64,000 bases of DNA from the human T2T-CHM13v2.0 reference genome, Homo sapiens: NCBI RefSeq assembly GCF_009914755.1, contig NC_060939.1. One strand, written 5' to 3'. This document shows positions 54,029 through 64,000 of the stretch, in pieces (within the stretch, counting starts at the first letter, position 1; each line of letters starts with the position of its first letter). The notes under the pieces are model-generated. The model had not been told where the DNA came from. It did no database searches and worked only from the letters and a program-made list of their open reading frames with translations. The translations under genes and the position numbers were made by a program.

Positions 54029-54432
54029 TTAATAAACAGATAACATCAAACATTCAACTAATCCAATAAAAAGAAATTTTATTCATTTGAGAATGTGTTT
54101 TCCAGAGCATACTTATATATTACGTTTTAACTTCATAATTTATATTTTATAAAAACATAACTAATTCAAGTTAATCTTCTCTAATTTTTAATTCAATTGA
54201 ATTTTTATCAGGATCACTATATTTAAACAAAAATTACCTGAATTTTTCACATCATAATTTATAGATTCTGCTTCTACAAATTGTCTGTAGGGACCATTAT
54301 TTCTACATGGTCTACTTTCCTGGGTTAAGTGGTGGATACCCAAATGTTTTTTGGAATAATGTTTTCTTATATCAGTTTTTAGTCAGTGATACGTTGCACC
54401 ATGTTTAATTTTAAGCATTATCAGTTTTCTTT

Positions 54433-56346
54433 TTTTTTTTTAATTGATCATTCTTGGGTGTTTCTCGCAGAGGGGGATTTGGCAGGGTCACAGGACAATA
54501 GTGGAGGGAAGGTCAGCAGATAAACAAGTGAACAAAGGTCTCTGGTTTTCCTAGGCAGAGGACCCTGTGGCCTTCCGCAGTGTTTGTGTCCCTGGGTACT
54601 TGAAATTAGGGAGTGGTGATGACTCTTAAGGAGCATGCTGCCTTCAAGCATCTGTTTAACAAAGCACATCTTGCACCGCCCTTAATCCATTCAACCCTGA
54701 GTGGATACAGCCCATGTTTCAGAGAGCACAGGGTTGGGGGTAAGGTCACAGATCAACAGGATCCCAAGGCAGAAGAATTTTTCTTAGTAGAGAACAAAAT
54801 GAAAAGTCTCCCATGTCTACCTCTTTCTACACAGACACAGCAACCATCCGATTTCTCAATCTTTTCCCCACCTTTCCCCCCTTTCTATTCCACAAAACCG
54901 CCATTGTCATCATGGCCCATTCTCAATGAGCTGTTGGGTACACCTCCCAGACGGGGTGGTGGCAGGGCAGAGGGGCTCCTCACTTCCCAGTAGGGGCGGC
55001 TGGGCAGAGGCGCCCTTCACCTCCCGGACGGGGCGGCTGGCCAGGCGGGGGGCTGACCCCCCCACCTCCCTCCTGGACAGGGCGGCTGGCCGGGCGAGGG
55101 GCTGACCCCCTCACCTCCCTCCCGGACGGGGCGGCTGACCGGGCGGGGGGCTGACCCCCCCACTTCCCTCCCGGATGGGGTGGCTGGCCGGGCAGAGGGG
55201 CTCCTCAGTTCCCAGTAGGGGCGTCCGGGCAGAGGCGCCCCTCACCTGCCGGACGGGGCGGCTGGCCGGGCGGGGGGCTGACCCGCCCACCTCCCTCCCC
55301 CCCAGAAGGGGTGGCTGGCTGGGCAGAGGGGCTCCTCACTTCCCATCAGGGGCTGCCGGGCAGAGGCGCCCCTCACTTCCCGGATGGGGCGGCTGGCCGG
55401 GCGGGGTGCTAACCCACCCACCTCCCTCCCGGAGGAGGCGGCTGGCCGGGCGGGCGGCTGACCCCCCACCTCCCTCCCGGATGGGGTGGCTGGCCAGGCG
55501 GGGGGCTGACCCCCCCACCTCACTCCCGAACGAGGTGACTGCCGGGCGGAGGGGCTCCTCACTTCTCAGACGGGGTGGTTGCCAGGCAGAGGGTCTCCTC
55601 ACTTCTCAGACGGGGCGGCCGGGCAGAGACATTCCTCACATCCCGGACGGGGCGGCAGGGCAGAGGTGCTCCCCACATCTCAGATGATGGGCGGCCGGGC
55701 AGAGACGCTCCTCACTTCCCAGATGTGATGGCGGCCGGGAAGAGGCGCTCCTCACTTCCTAGATGGGATGGCGGCCGGGCAGAGACGCTCCTCACTTTCC
55801 AGACTGGGCAGCCAGGCAGAGGGGCTCCTCACATCCCAGACGATGGGCGGCCAGGTGGAGACGCTCCTCACTTCCCAGACGGGGTGGCGGCCGGGCAGAG
55901 GCTGCAATCTCGGCACTTTGGGAGGCCAAGGCAGGCTGCTGGGAGGTGGAGGTTGTAGCGAGCCGAGATCACGCCACTGCACTCCAGCCTGGGCACCATT
56001 GAGCACTGAGTGAACGAGTCTCCGTCTGCAATCCCGGCACCTCGGGAGGCCGAGGCTGGCGGATCACTCGCGGTTAGGAGCTCAGCCCGGCCAACACAGC
56101 GAAACCCCGTCTCCACCAAAAAAATACGAAAACCAGTCAGGCGTGGCGGCGCGCGCCTGCAATCGCAGGCACTCGGCAGGCTGAGGCAGGAGAATCAGGC
56201 AGGGAGGTTGCAGTGAGCCGAGATGGCAGCAGTACCATCCAGCTTCGGCTCGGCATCAGAGGGAGACCGTGGAAAGAGAGGGAGAGAGAGACCGTGGGGA
56301 GACGGAGAGGGTGAGGGAGAGGGAGAGGGAGAGGGAGAGGGAGAGC
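54433..56346 (-). mobile_element. Full-length SVA (SVA_D-like)
   Basis: CCCTCT hexamers (about 56305-56345), Alu-like region, GC-rich VNTR (about 54940-55900), SINE-R and poly(A). Perfect TSD tatcagttttcttt at 54419-54432 and 56347-56360. Confidence 0.97.
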
Positions 56347-56704
56347 TATCAGTTTTCTTTCTTGTGCATTATTTTCACAGTAATATAAATTATGGACATC
56401 AAAATATCCTCAGGGTTAAAAATGTTGGAGTCCAAGCATTCTATATTCTTGATTTGTATGGTTTCAATTATGACTCAGCATTTTAGGAAAACATTGGCTC
56501 TATAATCTGTCACCCTCACCCCATTTAAATAAAAACATACTTTTTTGGACACAAGGATCAGGCATACACATCTACACAGTGGATCACATCATTTTTGGGG
56601 GCAAACTGAAAACTGTTTTTATACTCAAACATACTGTTGGGAAACTGTGAAATAAAAATTTCTGATGTTTGTTAAAAATTGGGAAGAAAGACATTAATAC
56701 TATT

Positions 56705-57080
56705 GTAGTAGATTTTATGGCCATCGTAATAGGGTTCAGTTCAGAAATTGATCATAACTCTGAACACAGACAACGAAGAATTTATAGTCAATAAGCAGAA
56801 TAAATCAGTGGATAAGAATTATTGAAAAACATTTGATAAAATACCAAAGGAGGAAGAGGAACTTTTTATAGCAGAAGCCTGGTTACAGGTTGGCTAAGGA
56901 CTTAAATATCAAAGAAAGGGAATCACGATATTAGTAGACATAAGGGATATGTGGATTTTTACTAAACAGTATTAGCAGGATTTATGAAAGTGAGCCTCTC
57001 AAACCAGGAGCAGGGCAAGAAGTCAAGGTTGGCTTAGTCAAAAAGAGGGTTCAGTTAAGCTTGACTAACATTTGGTCATA
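56705..57080 (-). mobile_element. Old ERV1 LTR (MER31-like)
   Basis: aactctgaa..atttatagtcaataagcag..aaaagaggg..tgactaacatttggtca. Confidence 0.5.
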
Positions 57081-57290
57081 AAGGTAGTGCTTACAAGAAC
57101 CCAGATTTTTTTCCCATCTGATCTGAAAATAAATAATCACCAAAAAAGGCTTTGTTTGAAAAATGAGTGCCCACTTCACCTGAGAAAACCTCCATCTTCC
57201 TCTGTTTACCTTTGAATTTAGTGTAGAAAAAGAGCACTTGTCATTGCCACAGTTTTAATTTTGCTTTCACTCTTAAAAACAGAGAGTCAG

Positions 57291-57503
57291 GGCTGGGTGT
57301 GGTGGTTCATGCCTGTAATCCCAGCATTTTGGGCATGGTGATGCAAGCACACCTGTAATCCCAGCTACTTGAAAGGCTGAGGCAGGAGAATCACTTGAAC
57401 CCAAGAGTCAGAGGTTGCAGTGAGCCAAAATCACACCACTGCACTCCAGCCTGGTGACAGAGTGAGACTCCATCAAACAAAACAAAACAAAACAAAACAA
57501 AAC
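57291..57503 (+). mobile_element. AluS with internal deletion and (AAAAC)n tail
   Basis: Left monomer jumps after cagcattttggg into the right monomer; cctggtgacaga is AluSc-like. Confidence 0.85.
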
Positions 57504-57804
57504 ACAAAATTAGAAATTTAGTTTTATTCAAACAGCAACTTACAAACACAAAGGTTATAGTTTCTGACCCCTATTCAAGACAATTGGTTGTAACCATAAG
57601 TATTGATGGGACTTCAGGGAGATTCCTCAGATGGAGCTGATGCAGCTGTGCAAGCCACTTTGACCTTGCATCTTTCCTACTTCTTAGCCTTTGAAATGGA
57701 CATGGTTGCTGGTGCAGGCTTGTGCTCCTACAGCCAGCCATATGGGACCATGAGACAGCCTACAGGATAAAAACCATCTACTGAAATATTGTAGCAAAGT
57801 GTGC

Positions 57805-60800
57805 CAAGAGGGCTGACTAGAAGTAGCTATGGTGTGTGGCTTTCATGAAAAGAAACAAAGAGGGAAAATAAATACAGCACCATCAACTGAAACACCCAGA
57901 TATTTGCAGTGGGACTAATGAAGGAAACAGCTCAACCCATGGGAAAAAGAAGGGCATGGCAACCGCCCACCCGGGAGTAACACAGACCAAAGGGAACCTA
58001 CCCTGCCCAAGGAAGTGGTGAGCAAATACGTGACCCTGAGAAACCACACTTCTCCCATGGATCTTTGCAACTCTCGGGTCAGGAGATTTTCTCGTAAACT
58101 TATTCCACCAGGGCCTTTGGTCTGATACACAGAGCTGCGTGTTCCCGGCAGAACAACTGCTCAGACACAAACAGAATCGCAGGAGCTTTACATACTTTGG
58201 CTCTGAGATCTCTGGCAAAGGTGACTGCAACTCAGACAAGGTGGGAGGTTGGATCTCCGTAAATGCCCCTAGAAAGGAAGCTGAATCCATGGGCCTGAGC
58301 AGCATCAGTGGGCCCCACTTCCATGACGCCTCACAGGATAAGACCTACTGGCTTGGAATTCCATCCAGCCCCCAGCAACAGCATTGCAATTACCTGGGAT
58401 GGAACAACGTTCCTGGAGGCAGGGGCTGGCTGCTATATTTGCTGTTTGGATGACTCAGCCATTCCAGCCTGGAGGTTTAGGAGAGTTAAAAAAAAAAAAA
58501 CTCATGGCAGATGGAAGAAATCCCTTAGCACGGCACATTGGCCCTCCCAAAGTGTGGCCGGACTACTTCTTGAAGTGGGACCCAGATACCTTTTTCATCT
58601 CAGAGTGGGGCCTCCTACCAGAGCCTCCAGACAGCCCCTTCCATATTCTCCGGCAGGCAGAGATTTGATTTATTCCTGGATGCAGTGCACATTGGGAGCA
58701 GTGGGTCTTCATATTTGTTGTTTGGAGAACTCAGCCATAACAATCAGTGGGCTTAGGAGAGTCCAAACCATCCCAGGGAAGAAGGAATCCCCCAGCATAG
58801 CACAGTGGATCTGCCATAATGTGATCAGATTGCTTCTTTAAGTGGGACCTAATATGCTCTGCATCTCTGGGTGGAACTTCCCAACCAGGGCCTCCAGCAA
58901 CTCCCACTGATGTTGTCTGGCTGGCAGAGGTTTAAAAACTTCCTGGGCCAGAGTTCCTAGAGAGAGGGGTTGGCCACCATCTTTGCTGTTTCAGCCTCCA
59001 GGCTTTGGAGAGCCCAATCTGATGAAGGGCAGAAATGGTACCCCGCACAGCATGGCTGATCTATGAAAGTGGGGCTAGATGGCTTAAGTGGGTCCCCAAT
59101 CCTATTCCTCCTAGCTGGGTGAGACCTACCAACTGGGGTTTCCAGTCACCTCCTACAGGTGTGTTCGAGCCCTCAACATGTCTGCACCCGCCCTGGGATG
59201 GAGCTCCCAGGGAAGGGAGTGGGCTGCTATCTTTCTTGTTTCACAGCCTTCACTGGTGATACCCCCAGATACTGGAAAATCCGAGGTGACAAGAGAGTGG
59301 AGCAGATGCCCAACAAACTACAGCAGCCCCACACAAAATGGCCAAACAGTTAAAAGGAAGAGAAACAAACAAAAATCTCATTCAAAGGCCAGCAACCTCA
59401 AAGATTAAAGATAGATAGGCACACAAAGGTGAGAATCACAACAAGAATACTAAAAACTCAAAAATCAGGGTGCTCTCCCTCTCCCAAATGACCACACTAC
59501 TTCTCCAGCAAGAGTTCAGAATAAGGGTGAGGCTGTGATCCCTGAAATAACAGAAGTAGACCCCAGAATGTGGATAAAAATGAACTTCACTGATCTAAAG
59601 GAGCATGCTCTAACTCAATACAAGAAAGCTAAAAATTACAATATAATATTGCAGGAGCTGACAAACAAATTAGCCAGGATAGAGAGGAGCCTAACCAACC
59701 CGATAGCACTGTAAAACACAATACAAAAATTTCATAATGCAATCACAAGTATTAATGAGGAAAGAAACTCAGAGCTTGAAGTTTGTATTTCTGAAAGAAG
59801 ACATGCAGAGAAGAATAGAAAAAAAGAATGAAAGGAATAAACAAAACCTTTGAGAAATATGGGATTATGTAAAGAGACCAAATCTACAACTGATTGGTGT
59901 ACTTGAAAGAGCTGGGGAGAATGGAACCAATCAGGAAAACATATTTCAGGATATCATCAATGAGAACTTCCCCAACCTTGCTACACTGGCCAACAATTCA
60001 GAAAATGGAGAGAAGTTCAGTAAGATACTCCAAGAAAAAATCATACCCAAGACACATAAACGTCAGATTCCCCAAACTTGAAATGGAAGAAAAAAAAAGA
60101 AAAAAAAGCTCAGCCGCAGAGAAAAGCCAAGTCACCTACAAAAAGAAGTTGATCAGACTAAGAGCAGAGCTGTCAGTGAGAACCCTACAAGCCAAAAGAG
60201 ATTGGGGGCCAATATTTAACGTTCTTAAAGAAAATAAACTTTAAGCCAGAATTTTATATCTGGCCAAACTAAGCTTAATCTGGGGAGAAATAACATCCCT
60301 TTCAGACAAGCAAATTCCGAGTTAATTCATGAACACCAGACATGCTTTTCAAGAGCTCCTGAAGGAAGCACCAATTTGGAAAGGGAAAATTATTCCCAGC
60401 CACCACAAAAACACACTCAAGTACACAGACCATTGACACTATAAATCAACCACATAAACAAGTCTGAAAAATAAAAATAACCAGCTAGCATCAAGATAAC
60501 AAGATAAAATCTACGCATAACAATACTTACCTTAAATGTAAATGGGATAAATGCCCCAGTTGAAACACACAGGGTGGCAATTGTATAAAAACCAAGACCC
60601 ATTGGTATGCTCTTCAAGACACCCATCTCACATGCGGGGACACACATAGGCTAAAAATAAAGGGATGGAGGAAATTTCACCAAGCAAGTGGAAAACCTAA
60701 AAAAGCAAGGGTTGCAGTCTTACTTTCCAACAAAACAGACTTTAAAGCAACACAGATTAAAAACAACAACAACAACAACAACAAAGAGGGTCATTACATA

Positions 60801-63800
60801 ACGGCAAATAATTCAATTCAACAAGAATTAACTATTCTAAATATATATGCACCCAACACAAGAGTACCCAGATTCATATAACAAGTTTCTAGATATCTTG
60901 AAAGAGACTTAGAACACCACACAATAATAGTGACCGACTTTAACATCCCACTGACAGTATTAGAAAGATTATTGAGACAGAAAATTAACAAAGATGTTCA
61001 GGACCTGAACTTAGCTCTGGATCAAATGGACATGATATATATTTACAGAACTCTCCACATGAAAACAGCAGAATATACATTCTTCTCATCACTACATGAC
61101 ACTTTCTCTGAAATTGGTCACTTAGCCAGAAGTAAAACACTCTTCAGCAAATGCAAAAGAACTGAAATCATAATAAACAGTGGCTCAGATCACAGCACAA
61201 TCAAATTAAAACTCACGATGAAATAATTTACTGAAAACCATAAAATTAAATGGAAATTGAATCACCTGCTCCTGAATAACTTTTGGGTAAATAATGAAAT
61301 TAAGGCAGATATCAAGGAGTTCTTTGAAACCAATGAGAACAAAGACAAAACATACCAGAATCTCTGGGACACAGCTAAGGCAGTATTAAGATGAAAATTT
61401 ATGGCATTAAATGCCCACATTAAAATGCCAGAAATGTCTCAAGTTACAACTTCACAACAAAAATAACTACAGGAACAAGAGCAAAGAAGTTCTAGAGCTA
61501 GCAGAAGACAAGAAATAACCAAAATCAGACCTGAACTGATGGAGATAGGGACAAGAGAAACCATTCAACAGATCAACAAATTCAGGAGCTGTTTCTTTTT
61601 CTTTGAAAAAACCAATAATATAAATACACCAGTAGTAGACTAATAAGGAAGAAAATATCAAAAATTAAAATGAACACAATCAGAAATAATAAGGGTTACC
61701 ACTGACCCCACAGAAATAAAAATAACCATCAGAAAATATCATAAACACCTCTATGCCTATAAGATAACAAATTCAGTAGAAATGGATAAATTTCTGGACA
61801 CATACACCCTTCAAGAATAAACCAGGAAGAAATTGAATCCCTGAAAAGACAAACAACAGGCTCTGAAATTCAGGCAGTAATAAGTAGCCTACAAACCACA
61901 AAAAGATCAGAAACACAAAGATTAAAAGCTGAAGGTTATGACATTTATGAAGAAGAACTGGTACAATTCCCACTAAAATTATTTCAAAAAACTGAAACAG
62001 AGGGCTTCCTTCCCGACTCTTTCTATGAGAGCACATCATCCTGGTACCAAAACCTGGCAGACACACAAGAAAAAAAACAAAACTTCAAAAAATTTGCAAG
62101 AAGAAAACAACCCCATCAAAAAGTGGGCGAAGGACATGAACAGACGCTTCTCAAAAGAAGACATTTATGCACCCAAAAAACACATGAAAAAATGCTCACC
62201 ATCACTGGCCATCAGAGAAATGCAAATCAAAACCACAATGAGATACCATCTCACACCAGTTAGAATGGCAATCATTAAAAAGTCAGGAAACAACAGGTGC
62301 TGGAGGAGATGTGGAGAAATAGGAACACTTTTACACTGTTGGTGGGACTGTAAACTAGTTCAACCATTGTGGAAGTCAGTGTGGCAATTCGTCAGGGATC
62401 TAGAACTAGAAATACCATTTGACCCAGCCATCCCATTTCTGGGTATATACACAAAGGACTATAAATCATGCTGCTTTAAAGACACAGGCACACGTTTGTT
62501 TATTGCGGCACTATTCACAATAGCAAAGACTTGGAACCAACCCAAATGTCCAACAATGATAGACTGGATTAAGAAAATGTGGCACATATACACCATGGAA
62601 TACTATGCAGCCATAAAAAATGATGAGTTCATGTCCTTTGTAGGGACACGGATTAAATTGGAAATCATCATTCTCAGTAAACTATCACAAGAACAAAAAA
62701 ACCAAACACCGCATGTTCTCACTCATAGGTGGGAATTGAACAATGAGATCACATGGACACAGGAAGGGGAACATCACACTCTGGGGACTGTTGTGATGAG
62801 GGGGGAGGGGAGAAGGATAGCATTGGGAGATATACCTAATGCTAAATGTCGAGTTAATGGGTGCAGCACACAAGCATGGTGCATGCGTACATATGTAACT
62901 AACCTGCACATTGTGCACATGTACCCTAAAACTTAAAGTATAATAATAATAAAATAAAAAAAGAAAAAAAAAAACTTCATGCCAATATTTTTGATGAACA
63001 TTTATGCAAACATTCTTAACAAAATAGGGGCAAACCAAATCCAGCAGCGCATCAGAAAGCTTATCCACCACAATCAAGTAGGCTCCATCTGTGGGATGCA
63101 ACTTTAATTCAACGTACACAAATCAATATGTGATTTATCACATAAACAGAACTAAAGACAAAAGCCACATGATTGTCTGAATAGATGCAGATAAATCTTT
63201 GCATCCATAAAATTCAACATCCATTCTTGTAAAAACTCTCAATAAACTAGGTATTGAAAAAAACATACTTCAATATAATAAGAACCATGTATGACAAACC
63301 CACAGCCAATATCATACTGAAAGGGCAAAAGCTGAAAGCATTCCCTTTTAAAACGGGCACAAGACAAGGATGCCCTCTCTCATGAATCCTATTTCAGATA
63401 GTATTGGAAGTACTGGGCAGAGCAATCAGGTAAGAGAAAAAGGCATTCAAATTGAAAGAAAAGAAATTAAACAACACCTGATGTCAGACGACATGATTCT
63501 ATATCTTGAAAACCCCTATTGTCTCAACCCCAAAGCTTCTTAAGCTGATAAATATCTTTAACAAAGTCCCAAGATACAAAATAAATGGGCAAAAATCACT
63601 AGCACTAAATCCTTATATACCAACAACAGTCAAGCCAAGAGCAAAATCGTGAATGAACACTCATTCACAGTTACCACAAAAAGAATAAAATACCAAGGAA
63701 TGTATCTAACAAGAGAAGTGAAAGGCCACTACAAGGAGAACTATAAACCACTTCTCAAAGAAATCAGACATGACATAAACAAATAGAAAAACATTTCATG

Positions 63801-64000
63801 CTTATGGATAGAAAGAGTTAATATTGTTAAAGTAGACACACTCCACAAAGAAATTTATAGAGTTAATAGTATTTCCGTTAAACTACCAATGACATTTTTC
63901 ACAAAACTAGAAAAGCTATTTTAAAATTTATATGGAACCAACAAAGGCCTGAATAGTCAAGACAACCCCAAACAAAAAGAACTAAGCTGGAGGCATCACA
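57805..64000 (+). mobile_element. Older primate L1 (L1PA13-16/L1P4-like): repeat-containing 5'UTR, ORF1 and ORF2; runs off window
   Basis: ORF1 fragment (59894-60244), endonuclease DFNIPL (60930), RT region 63350-63500; about 270-bp sub-repeats in the 5'UTR. Confidence 0.9.
62088..62960 (+). mobile_element. Young 5'-truncated L1PA2/3 nested in the older L1
   Basis: ORF2 C-terminus, 3'UTR (gagatcacatggacacagg, gcattgggagatatacctaatgc) and poly(A); flanked by aag(A-rich)cttca at 62067-62087 and 62961-62979. Confidence 0.92.

Noticed and set aside
54940-56013. Long GC-rich ORFs and an array of about 40-bp repeats (CRISPR-like or novel gene)
   Set aside because: This is the SVA VNTR and Alu-like region: degenerate tandem units, no unique spacers, no cas genes.
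58400-59300. Four repeats of about 270 bp with ORFs up to 177 aa
   Set aside because: They lie within the 5'UTR of an older L1; the ORFs show no protein motifs.

Overview
This is primate (great-ape/human-type) non-coding genomic DNA, not a prokaryotic locus. Most of the window is interspersed repeat: several L1s of different ages, about 9 Alus, MaLR LTRs (MLT1/THE1), a solo LTR12, a deleted HERV15/ERV3-group provirus fused to an LTR2B/HERV-E env remnant, three LTRs and one mini-provirus of a class III (ERVL/HERV-S-like) family carrying a dUTPase remnant, and a full-length SVA with a perfect 14-bp target-site duplication. I find no intact cellular protein-coding gene, RNA gene or CRISPR array. 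Every ORF with a recognisable product is a decayed retroelement fragment. I see no convincing new biological system. The structure repeats explain least is an old, colinear, three-copy duplication (291-860, 6330-9200, 17235-19850) with an octamer/TATA-like/splice-donor arrangement, which may be the relic of a tandem gene or lncRNA family. Subfamily names come from recalled consensus features, not database searches, and boundaries of old elements are approximate.
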